A stretch of 32,181 nucleotides of DNA from a virus (Duplodnaviria > Caudoviricetes), in IMG/VR virus record IMGVR_UViG_3300017763_000098, positions 1 to 32,181 of that record. One strand, written 5' to 3'. Below, piece after piece: positions 1-7,240 of this stretch; position 1 is the first letter of the stretch, and each line of letters opens with the position of its first letter. The notes beneath the pieces were generated by a model. That model was not told where the DNA came from. It searched no databases and saw only the letters and a list, made by a program, of their open reading frames with translations. The translations under genes and the position numbers were made by a program.

Positions 1-1010
1 GAACGACTGAAAACTGTAGCTGCTGAGTTGTTGCTGGTGTAGTTAGGACTAAGCTTGACGCTAGCAGCTGTATGCACCTCTAACAGACGTAAAAACACTC
101 TGTCAGCCTTAGCATCAACAGCAACGCGATCTAAGCTGTCTGTGGTTTTATCTGCCTCAAAAAAGCCGTCATGATAGTTCATAAGTATTTCGATACCTGT
201 TTCACCATAATTAGATTTCATTACGGTCAATTTTCGGGCTGTTTTGTCAGCCTCATAGCCGTCTTCCTGTATCCGCTGCATATATAGGCGTGAGCGTACC
301 GAATTGCTCCAGGCTGTGTTGCCCGATGTACCAGAGCCGCTAGCCATACCTGACAGACTAGGGTGACTGAGCAGCACCACAGTAGTATCAAAATCTACCG
401 CCAGTTTACGCAGCTGACCAATAAACTGACGTGCTGAGGCTCTGTCATTCTCATTTGCAGGGAATAAGTCGGCCAGTGTATCTAATACCACCAAGCTAGG
501 TTTTTCAGCGGCTACTTTTGTCACTATTTGCTGATATAAGGCGCTAGGATAGAGTGTATTAGTTTTGGGGTCTACAATGCTCAATAGAGCGTCTCTATTC
601 GCCAGTGAAGCTATATGAAGGTCAGCAAGATCAGAATATGTCAGATCAAAGTTATTAATCGTCATCCGGTTAATACGTCTGTGAATTTCGTTCATATCGT
701 CTTCAGCACCGATATAGAGAGCAGCGCCTTGCTCTGGCGTGTAGTTCAACCATTTTAGCTTACCGCCAGAAGCGACAGAAATTGCTAGATTTAGAGCCAG
801 TAAAGACTTGCCAGAACCACCGTCACCAGACAGTAGCGTTACAGTGCCTGTTGGTATCATTGAATTTATCAACCAATTCAATGGTACTAGCTCACGTTCT
901 TTAAGTGTATCAGCACTTGTAAATAACGGCTCTTCATCTAGTTGAGGAGTGTCTAGCATACCGTTGAAATTCTTATACCAATCGCTCCCATTATCTTGTA
1001 CCACTTTCAT
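1..1010 (-). CDS. RepA/AAA_25-family replicative helicase (3' end beyond window)
   Basis: Not in ORF track. Manual translation from ATG 1010: MKVVQDNGSDWY...WLINSMIPTGTVTLLSGDGGSGKS (Walker A)...LYIGAED...LVVLDTLADLF (Walker B)...NEND...VVLLSHPS...SGNTAWSNSVRSRL...KSNYG; frame open to the window edge. Confidence 0.92.
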   Translation of the reverse strand, partial: MKVVQDNGSDWYKNFNGMLDTPQLDEEPLFTSADTLKERELVPLNWLINSMIPTGTVTLLSGDGGSGKSLLALNLAISVASGGKLKWLNYTPEQGAALYIGAEDDMNEIHRRINRMTINNFDLTYSDLADLHIASLANRDALLSIVDPKTNTLYPSALYQQIVTKVAAEKPSLVVLDTLADLFPANENDRASARQFIGQLRKLAVDFDTTVVLLSHPSLSGMASGSGTSGNTAWSNSVRSRLYMQRIQEDGYEADKTARKLTVMKSNYGETGIEILMNYHDGFFEADKTTDSLDRVAVDAKADRVFLRLLEVHTAASVKLSPNYTSNNSAATVFSR

Positions 1011-1012
1011 TT

Positions 1013-1417
1013 TTACCCCGTTAAATGCCTTGCTGCTATTTTCTTATCGTCAGCTGACATTTGATTTATAATTGCTGTGAAATATGCCCGTAGCTCCTCT
1101 TTAGAAGCTGACCGTGACCAATAGTCAGCATCTTCTATAATTTCTTCTGTCCACGGTGCGATAGGTGCTCCCTGGATTTCTTTTAGCTCTTCAACAGATT
1201 TATAGACTATCATTCTATCTTCTTTGCTAAGACCGCGTAGAGAGGCGTAGGCTAGGTTTGCCCGTTCTAAGGGGTTCAGACGTGCCACAAAGATTTTAGC
1301 TAGGCCAAACCATGCTTCCGGTTCATCCCAGCAAAGCGCATAGGTTATAGACCGCCCAGCTGCCTTGTGGTTTGGACTTATAAAAGCCCACCATTTATGA
1401 CCCCTTTTTTGTGTCAA
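1013..1417 (-). CDS. Hypothetical protein (134 aa) between SSB and helicase
   Basis: Tightly coupled to both neighbours; no motif recognised. Confidence 0.75.
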   Translation of the reverse strand: MTQKRGHKWWAFISPNHKAAGRSITYALCWDEPEAWFGLAKIFVARLNPLERANLAYASLRGLSKEDRMIVYKSVEELKEIQGAPIAPWTEEIIEDADYWSRSASKEELRAYFTAIINQMSADDKKIAARHLTG

Positions 1418-2040
1418 AATGGAATTTCGTCGTCAAATTCAGTAGCCATGTCACGGTCAAAATTTGGAGCATCCATGCTAGATTTAACATCGTCGAAATC
1501 TTCATACTCTTCAGCGCCATAAATAGGATTTGTAACAGTGACCTTATTAACGATCAGAGATATTCCCTTTTTATTTGTACTAGGGTTATCAGCCGGAAAC
1601 ATTGTTACGACAATATCGCCTTTTGAACCGTTAAAAAATCTTCTGTTTTCTAATGGCACGTCATAAGCGTCAACGACTGCTGGCTGTTGTTGTAGCTTCC
1701 CTTTACTGTCTTTAGCTTTCCTTGAAGCTCGAAAACGCATTTGCAGCTTATCGTCAAAGTCAGTCTCGCTATACCCGTGGACAGCGCCAAAAGGTTCTTT
1801 TTTGCCACAACAAGCTTTGAAATGATCCTGACACATATTATAGAATTTTTTTGCTCTTTCTTCATCCATTGTAAAACTAACATTCCAGTTAGCTAGTGGA
1901 TTATCAGCACTACATTCTACCGTTTTCCCGTCTTTTTTACCCTCACCGTTTTTATGTTTTCGGTCAAAATAAACCAAGCTATCTAAGTTTATAAATACAA
2001 AGTCTACATTGCTTATTTTAACACGTCTAAAATCGCTCAT
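1414..2040 (-). CDS. Single-stranded DNA-binding protein (T7 gp2.5/DUF2815-like)
   Basis: Acidic C-terminal tail ending DDEIPF; P.VVD...NGS.G...GISL motifs of T7-type SSBs; located in the replication block. Confidence 0.8.
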   Translation of the reverse strand: MSDFRRVKISNVDFVFINLDSLVYFDRKHKNGEGKKDGKTVECSADNPLANWNVSFTMDEERAKKFYNMCQDHFKACCGKKEPFGAVHGYSETDFDDKLQMRFRASRKAKDSKGKLQQQPAVVDAYDVPLENRRFFNGSKGDIVVTMFPADNPSTNKKGISLIVNKVTVTNPIYGAEEYEDFDDVKSSMDAPNFDRDMATEFDDEIPF

Positions 2041-2834
2041 ATTTCTTCATCTCCCTTTAAATATGCTGGCAAATCCATCATCACTTGGTCAGGCCAGCTA
2101 TTAGGCCAAGTGTCGGTTTCTTGAGCCTCATTTATGCTCAGAATAATTTTATTAACTTGCTGAATACCCCACTGCATCATGTCAGCTGAGACAGTATAAA
2201 GCTGGCTGGTGTAGGGTTGAGATTTCTGGACACATAGGAAGTGAAACTGGCTAACTTGCATCCCAGCAAGCTCTAAACACGTCTTGTACCAAGCTGCTTG
2301 AATAGGGTAGCCCAGCTGCATTGCATCACGTAGAAATTTTTTAGGTACAACTGACTGACAAGTTTTCACATCGCAAATGATACCGCCACGCTCAATATAG
2401 AGATCTGGCCTACAGCGCATTTTAACGCCTACAGGGTGCTCTACAAAAATGCTGCTTTCATTTACGCGCTCAGGGTGGTTTAGAAACTGAGCACAAGCTG
2501 TATTGTCTTGCAGGGATTTAGCCATAAGCATGACTTCATCGTAGGTGCTATCTTTTAGTAGAATTTTACCGTCTAAATAAGCTTCTTCTTCCAGCTGTTT
2601 CCATTCTTTAGTGCCACGTCTATTTGTGCCACGTCTCAAAAGATCTTTTTCTTCTTCTAAAACTGCTGCATGTACACCGTCACCAATTTCTTTAATCTCA
2701 GCTGACAGATTGACGTGTGAGTTTCTGGCATGATTAAGACCCTCTAGCCACGATTTTTTGCCAAATGTAGCGCTAAAATATTCTGAATATTTTGTATGAT
2801 AATCCTCATTGCTCAAATGATTTTCTATCATCAT
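2037..2834 (-). CDS. RecE/exonuclease VIII-like PD-(D/E)XK nuclease (DUF3799-like)
   Basis: SNEDYH N-terminus, G..VH..VLE, E.SIF, MRCRPD, ICDVKT, Y..QAAWY; start placed at ATG 2834 (TGATG coupling with the upstream stop), track start 2855. Confidence 0.88.
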   Translation of the reverse strand: MMIENHLSNEDYHTKYSEYFSATFGKKSWLEGLNHARNSHVNLSAEIKEIGDGVHAAVLEEEKDLLRRGTNRRGTKEWKQLEEEAYLDGKILLKDSTYDEVMLMAKSLQDNTACAQFLNHPERVNESSIFVEHPVGVKMRCRPDLYIERGGIICDVKTCQSVVPKKFLRDAMQLGYPIQAAWYKTCLELAGMQVSQFHFLCVQKSQPYTSQLYTVSADMMQWGIQQVNKIILSINEAQETDTWPNSWPDQVMMDLPAYLKGDEEI

Positions 2835-3286
2835 CAACATGCTTCTGCTCTCCATGACATGATTTCTCTGACAACTTTGCAGAAGAGGGGCAGGGATATA
2901 TCGGCCTTGTCTGTGATATTGTCTGTTGATTTGCCAGTTTCACACTCAGAGATTGCTGCAAACGGTATGACAGCCCGACTTTCTCTATGGTCATATTTAT
3001 AAATGACAGCTGGGTAGATGCCCCGTTCTAGGTTGCTGGCTGTTATAGCTTGCTGCCAGGCGTTCGACGGTATCATATTGCCTTGCTGCCTTCTTTTTAG
3101 CTCTAGAGTGTACGGAAAGTCAGGCTCAGAGCATAGGAGATCACCAAGCCCAGCTGTCCGTGTTTGCTCTAAATTACGACTAAACTTAAAGCCTAACTCT
3201 AGCCCTAAATAAGTTGATATATCGCGCTCAAATTGCTTGCCGCGAGTGTTAGCCAGTTTTCCTGACTGACGTGCTGTCCGATTCAT
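2834..3286 (-). CDS. Holliday junction resolvase-like PD-(D/E)XK endonuclease
   Basis: RGKQFERDI...GDL...TLELKRR...WQQA...PAVIYK pattern typical of Hjc-like phage resolvases. Confidence 0.75.
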   Translation of the reverse strand: MNRTARQSGKLANTRGKQFERDISTYLGLELGFKFSRNLEQTRTAGLGDLLCSEPDFPYTLELKRRQQGNMIPSNAWQQAITASNLERGIYPAVIYKYDHRESRAVIPFAAISECETGKSTDNITDKADISLPLFCKVVREIMSWRAEAC

Positions 3287-3443
3287 TTTCTGCCTCTAAA
3301 TAGTCCTCAAGAACTTGCTCAACTAGCTTTGCTAATGATGTTTGCTCAGTGTTTGCTTTTGCCTGTAGTCGCTCTTTGTGGCTTTTTTGTACTCTGACAA
3401 ATAGGATAACACGTTGATTTTGTTTATTTTTCTTGCTGGTCAT
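3249..3443 (-). CDS. Small ribbon-helix-helix (Arc/CopG-like) DNA-binding protein
   Basis: VILFVRV beta-strand followed by helices HKERLQAKA and SLAKLVEQVLEDYL; first gene of the leftward operon; start 3443 or 3461 uncertain. Confidence 0.7.
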   Translation of the reverse strand: MTSKKNKQNQRVILFVRVQKSHKERLQAKANTEQTSLAKLVEQVLEDYLEAENESDSTSVRKTG

Positions 3444-3461
3444 TTCTAACAAACATTTCAT

Positions 3462-3539
3462 TAAAGATAATGCTTGTTAAGCTAGCTTAATGCGTGTTAC
3501 TTATGCAATACAACAAAAGACGTACAGATAGGAGATGTT
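3462..3539. promoter_or_regulatory. Divergent promoter/operator region
   Basis: Gap between divergent operons; perfect 14-bp palindrome TTAAGCTAGCTTAA at 3477-3490; TG-n-TAAGCT extended -10-like at 3475-3483; SD AGGAG at 3530-3534. Confidence 0.7.
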
Positions 3540-3773
3540 ATGTCGAGTTATGAAAAGAGAGATATAGTAACTATAAAAAGAGGGGTAGATAAAAAGCTTC
3601 TATTTAACGCTTATGAATTATCGGAATTTAAAGTTGTTTTAGGAAGTTTAGACCGTCTGCGTAAGGGAAGGCGGCAATTTAGGCATTTAGCAGATCAACA
3701 GGCTTTACACAGAGCATATATAGCAATTGACGAAATTTTGCAGCGCTACAAAGAAGTGGAGCAGCAGCAATGA
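3540..3773 (+). CDS. Hypothetical protein (77 aa)
   Basis: Strong SD AGGAG; ATGA coupling with the next gene. Confidence 0.75.
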   Translation: MSSYEKRDIVTIKRGVDKKLLFNAYELSEFKVVLGSLDRLRKGRRQFRHLADQQALHRAYIAIDEILQRYKEVEQQQ

Positions 3774-4450
3774 ATGACGTTATAGGTTTTATAGCTGGGG
3801 TAGATCCTGAGCTAAAAAAGAAACACCGCCAGCAGTTAAAAGCGCTAGCTGGGGAGAGGCATATAGACTTTGTAGAAGAGCCGGAAACCTACAACATGCT
3901 AGCCTATGAAGCGCGTACAGAATTGCAGTACGCAATAACAGCAGCTGAGACTTCAGTTAGCGTACTTGCCGTTGCGTCAGCTACTGGCTTAACGAATCGC
4001 AAGTGGAAAGCTTTACGGCTATTAGATCAGATAGCAGAGAAGGGGATCAGCATAGAGGTTGCTGACGATCCTAGCATAAATTCTCATTCTATCAGCGTCT
4101 TAGCGTACTCAGCTGAAGTAGCTAAAGAAAAATTATTGACAAGATCTAAGAAAGCTTTGCAGTCTATTAAATTGAGATTAGCGGCTGGAGAAGAGGTTTA
4201 TAGCAGCAAGGGTAGAAAAATTACTAAGCTAGGTACGCCCCAAGCCACGGAAGCCATGAAACAGGCTAGAATTAGTAAGTCTGATGATTTTGCGTCTAAG
4301 ATTTTTCCAACTATTAAACCGTACCTTGACCGTGGGTTAAGCTTGAATCGCATTGCCCAAGAGCTAAATCGTCAAGGCGTCAAGACTGCTAAGGGTAGAA
4401 AGTTTTATCAATCAACCATAAGCGCTATAGTAAGAAGGGTAAGCGAATGA
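3770..4450 (+). CDS. Serine-recombinase/resolvase homologue with degenerate catalytic domain and C-terminal recombinase-type DNA-binding domain
   Basis: Colinear with small serine recombinases (RTEL~RPEL, KGISIEVADDP, helix E LAYSAE...RSKKAL, KLGTP~KLGNP, GLSLNRIAQELNRQGVKTAKGRKF), but YxRxS and DRLxR motifs are absent. Confidence 0.8.
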   Translation: MNDVIGFIAGVDPELKKKHRQQLKALAGERHIDFVEEPETYNMLAYEARTELQYAITAAETSVSVLAVASATGLTNRKWKALRLLDQIAEKGISIEVADDPSINSHSISVLAYSAEVAKEKLLTRSKKALQSIKLRLAAGEEVYSSKGRKITKLGTPQATEAMKQARISKSDDFASKIFPTIKPYLDRGLSLNRIAQELNRQGVKTAKGRKFYQSTISAIVRRVSE

Positions 4451-5109
4451 ATAAGATAAACGAAACACAAAGGTATCGTACAATCGGTAACTATTATGAC
4501 GATAAATGTGAGCACTGTGGGCAGCCGTGTGTTGACGACGTGTGTGAGTGCAGAGACTTTATTGGAAAACAGGAAGTCATACTGACCGACAAAAAAGATA
4601 GGCTAACTAACTTTCCTAAAGATGGAAACGATCTGCGCGACTTTCGTGAGCATTTGACAAACGCATTTTTGCAAACACAAATTGCGTTAGAGCATGAAAT
4701 TTATCTAGACAAAAAGGCTTGGTCAGAGAGAAACGAAATGTGTGACTATATCTTTGCAACGCCAAACCGACAAATGATGTTTTGGATGTTTGCAAAAACT
4801 CCAATTATTAATGGCTGGACGGTTGCTGAGGCGGCTGAATATTTAAAACGTGACCGTACAAGTGTGTCGAAGGATCTGTCGGATATGCACAGTAAGAAAT
4901 ACATTTATCGTAACAACAAAGAGGGTTTTCAGCGGCATTATTTGCCTAGCCGAACATTATTGAATAATGCGTTATGGTTCTCAGAATATTATGTAGACAC
5001 TACTTTGCGGCTTACTGAGGACAGTGCGCGTAGAGATTTTTTTGAGTATCGTTCGTCAGAGCGAGAGTATTTTAAAAACATGCAAAAGCGTGGCAGTACT
5101 GCACAGTAA
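4447..5109 (+). CDS. Putative winged-HTH regulator with N-terminal Cys cluster
   Basis: WTVAEAAEYLKRDRTSVSKDLSDMHSKKYIYR HTH plus wing; N-terminal CEHCGQPCVDDVCEC. Confidence 0.65.
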   Translation: MNKINETQRYRTIGNYYDDKCEHCGQPCVDDVCECRDFIGKQEVILTDKKDRLTNFPKDGNDLRDFREHLTNAFLQTQIALEHEIYLDKKAWSERNEMCDYIFATPNRQMMFWMFAKTPIINGWTVAEAAEYLKRDRTSVSKDLSDMHSKKYIYRNNKEGFQRHYLPSRTLLNNALWFSEYYVDTTLRLTEDSARRDFFEYRSSEREYFKNMQKRGSTAQ

Positions 5110-5127
5110 ATATTCAGTTTCGACACG

Positions 5128-5157
5128 TTGACTGTACTAATTATGTACGAGTAAGGT
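5128..5157 (+). promoter_or_regulatory. Putative sigma70-type promoter, possibly giving a leaderless mRNA
   Basis: TTGACT (5128-5133), 18-nt spacer, TAAGGT (5152-5157); ATG at 5164; near-palindrome GTACTAATTATGTAC in the spacer. Confidence 0.5.
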
Positions 5158-5163
5158 TGTAGT

Positions 5164-5697
5164 ATGAAGAGAAGAAAACTTGATAACCCAACTGCACGAA
5201 AGTTAAGAGGCGGTGGAATACGTCAAAGCAGACGCCTTGAAATGCTCTGTTGGCACGTTGACCATCTGCAAGCAAACGTAAGAATTTTACGTGAGCTAGC
5301 CGATAACATAGAGCGTGTACTAGGCATCAAAGAAGCAAATATGTCTGATAAAGTATTCATGGCTCAGAATGAAATAACTAGAGCGAATATTCATTGCAGC
5401 AGGGTGAAACCTGAAAGCACCAGGACAAGAGGGGCAGCAATGTATGAATATATAACAGAGAAAAATAGCCTGGTAGATATGAACGGAGTGAGAGAGATTG
5501 AAGCCCGTGAAGATCTGAGAGAACCAGAGTCATATTACTTTGCTAGAAAGAGCAAGCAATTTCGGGAAGATTTCGAGATGCGCCAGCACAACCAGCCACC
5601 AGAGCCAGTAAACAATAAATCACTTTTTAGCGACGAACATCACGCAGCTGTAGAGGCGTGGAAACGTAAAAAAGGCTTAAACAAAAAGAACATGTAA
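5164..5697 (+). CDS. Hypothetical protein (177 aa, basic termini)
   Basis: Long ORF co-directional with the operon; no motif recognised. Confidence 0.7.
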   Translation: MKRRKLDNPTARKLRGGGIRQSRRLEMLCWHVDHLQANVRILRELADNIERVLGIKEANMSDKVFMAQNEITRANIHCSRVKPESTRTRGAAMYEYITEKNSLVDMNGVREIEAREDLREPESYYFARKSKQFREDFEMRQHNQPPEPVNNKSLFSDEHHAAVEAWKRKKGLNKKNM

Positions 5698-5703
5698 AAA
5701 GGT

Positions 5704-5721
5704 TTAATACGTGTTAGGCTA
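5704..5721 (+). promoter_or_regulatory. Second copy of the promoter/operator motif seen at 3468-3500
   Basis: TAATACGTGTTAGGCTA (5705-5721) vs TAATGCTTGTTAAGCTA (3468-3484), 14/17 identical; both intergenic; contains TG-n-TAGGCT. Confidence 0.5.
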
Positions 5722-5753
5722 AGTATTAATTAAAAAGAGGTGAGAAAACAATA

Positions 5754-5966
5754 ATGAGGCAATCAATCTATAAACGCTTTTCGCATAATATATACATTGT
5801 TAGTATTTACAGAGCGTTCAGAAATTTAACACAAACAGAACAAACAGACCAGACTAAACAGAATGAACAGGATAGACTGTTTGAGATAGCTGGTGACATT
5901 CTAGGTGCTATTTCACTATTTATTATATTCTACGCTGCAATAGTGCTTGCTGGTATATTCCAATGA
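5754..5966 (+). CDS. Small protein with C-terminal transmembrane segment
   Basis: SD GAGGTG upstream; hydrophobic ILGAISLFIIFYAAIVLAGIF; ATGA coupling to the next gene. Confidence 0.7.
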   Translation: MRQSIYKRFSHNIYIVSIYRAFRNLTQTEQTDQTKQNEQDRLFEIAGDILGAISLFIIFYAAIVLAGIFQ

Positions 5967-6220
5967 GCAATGCAGACAAAGCAGTTGTAGAGCTTTCTGA
6001 TAAATTGCGTAAAGATCTGCTAGATATTTGTGGTTGTTATCATGTTGCTAGTACGCAACTAGAAAGTTACCAAGACGCAATAGAGCTAATGGAACAAATG
6101 ATAGGTGAGGCATTAGCCGCGCTTAGTTTGACTTCTTTTGAAACAGAAAATTATTATTTCACGCGCTTTGAAACAGAGCTAGTGATAGAGGTGAAGGGGG
6201 AACAATGCGCCCTTCATTAA
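5963..6220 (+). CDS. Hypothetical protein (85 aa, acidic)
   Basis: ATGA coupling; co-directional with the operon. Confidence 0.7.
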   Translation: MSNADKAVVELSDKLRKDLLDICGCYHVASTQLESYQDAIELMEQMIGEALAALSLTSFETENYYFTRFETELVIEVKGEQCALH

Positions 6221-6456
6221 CGCAAAAGCAAAAAGAAGTTTACGACTTCTACAAGAAATTTTGGGAAGTAGAAAAACGCTGTCCGTCGCTCAGAGAAATC
6301 TGTGAGGGGAGAATAAACAATAAACAGATTCTTGAGCAACGGTCAGCACGATCTACCGCACATGCAATAGTCAATCATTTAGTCAGCAAGAACTATCTAA
6401 GTGAGAGCTATTATAACGATAGACCTAGCTACTATCCTAGAGAGCTTGAACAATGA
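6205..6456 (+). CDS. Stand-alone LexA-like N-terminal DNA-binding domain protein
   Basis: LTQKQKEVYDF...PSLREICEG...S.STAHAIVNHLVSKNYL matches the LexA wHTH (LT.RQ..V.DFI...PS.REI...S..H...L..KG.I); no peptidase domain. Confidence 0.8.
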   Translation: MRPSLTQKQKEVYDFYKKFWEVEKRCPSLREICEGRINNKQILEQRSARSTAHAIVNHLVSKNYLSESYYNDRPSYYPRELEQ

Positions 6457-6629
6457 CGTTGGCAAGCAAACTAAGAGCAGCAGCAAATTCGTTAGGTGAT
6501 TGTGATTTAGCTCTAACACTAGAGCAAGCCGCCCATGAACTTGACAGATTTGAATTTCACAAAGCTATCAGCAGAGCAGAGCAGACTTTTGAAAACAGAG
6601 AAACTGCAAGTGGCACACGTCACGTTTGA
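6453..6629 (+). CDS. Hypothetical protein (58 aa), not in ORF track
   Basis: MTLASKLRAAANSLGDCDLALTLEQAAHELDRFEFHKAISRAEQTFENRETASGTRHV; ATGA overlap with the LexA-like gene stop; fills the gap. Confidence 0.7.
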   Translation: MTLASKLRAAANSLGDCDLALTLEQAAHELDRFEFHKAISRAEQTFENRETASGTRHV

Positions 6630-6801
6630 ACTAGATCAGAGCGCTTGTACCTTCAGTTTAAAAGCTGGTGAAGCAGTCCACGCTAAAGATAGACGCGCTC
6701 TTTTCAGTGGTCACATAACCCCAGAAATGGGTTTGCAGTTACGACAATTAGCAGAAGCTGTTGAGGATATAAGACAGCACAGATTAGAGGCGAAAGAATG
6801 A
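6610..6801 (+). CDS. Hypothetical protein (~63 aa)
   Basis: Track start 6535 overlaps the 6453 ORF heavily; in-frame GTG at 6610 preferred; ATGA coupling downstream. Confidence 0.6.
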   Translation: MAHVTFELDQSACTFSLKAGEAVHAKDRRALFSGHITPEMGLQLRQLAEAVEDIRQHRLEAKE

Positions 6802-7043
6802 TAATAGCATTTTATACAGCAATGATCCTTGGCTATAGAATAGATGGTGAACACGTCACAGCGCGATTCTGGATGCAGAGCTATGAACAATGTTTAGAGG
6901 CTATGGATCACGCAGAAAAATTATATGATTATATTGCTGACAATATTAGCGACAAGCACATTTATTTATGGTGTGAGAAGTCAGAAGTTGTGAGCAGCTT
7001 TGACATGACTATAAAACCAATGCCAAGACCGGAGATTAACTGA
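6798..7043 (+). CDS. Hypothetical protein (81 aa, hydrophobic N-terminus, two Cys)
   Basis: Coupled on both sides; possible signal/anchor segment MIIAFYTAMILGY. Confidence 0.7.
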   Translation: MIIAFYTAMILGYRIDGEHVTARFWMQSYEQCLEAMDHAEKLYDYIADNISDKHIYLWCEKSEVVSSFDMTIKPMPRPEIN

Positions 7044-7240
7044 TGTATAATTTATATATCTATATTTATGAAACGTGGTGCTTACGTAAAAAATTTAAAA
7101 AATTAAAAGACGCTAGAGACTATCAAGATGGTTTAATCAATACGGGTGCTGGTAGTGCAAACGTAATGATAATTAGTGAAAGAACTAATATTGAAATGCA
7201 GAACCGTGAAGAAATAGCAAATAAAAGATTCAAACGTTAA
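7043..7240 (+). CDS. Hypothetical protein (65 aa), last gene of the rightward operon
   Basis: SD GGAG at 7031-7034, TGATG coupling; stop overlaps the endolysin stop (TTAA). Confidence 0.65.
   Translation: MYNLYIYIYETWCLRKKFKKLKDARDYQDGLINTGAGSANVMIISERTNIEMQNREEIANKRFKR

Noticed and set aside
2611-2636. Exact 11-bp direct repeat GTGCCACGTCT, 15 nt apart
   Set aside because: In-frame micro-duplication (RRGT-N-RRGT) inside the exonuclease gene; no sign of a regulatory role
3477-3490. Possible CtrA box
   Set aside because: Spacing is TTAA-N6-TTAA, whereas the CtrA consensus is TTAA-N7-TTAA
3770-4450. Active integrase or tail-fibre invertase (shufflon)
   Set aside because: Catalytic motifs are missing; no inverted fibre cassettes or flanking inverted repeats seen, and all four modules are in one frame and orientation
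5826-5872. AACAG-rich imperfect repeats as iterons or alphaproteobacterial SOS boxes
   Set aside because: They encode a Q-x-x low-complexity stretch and do not fit GAAC-N7-GAAC
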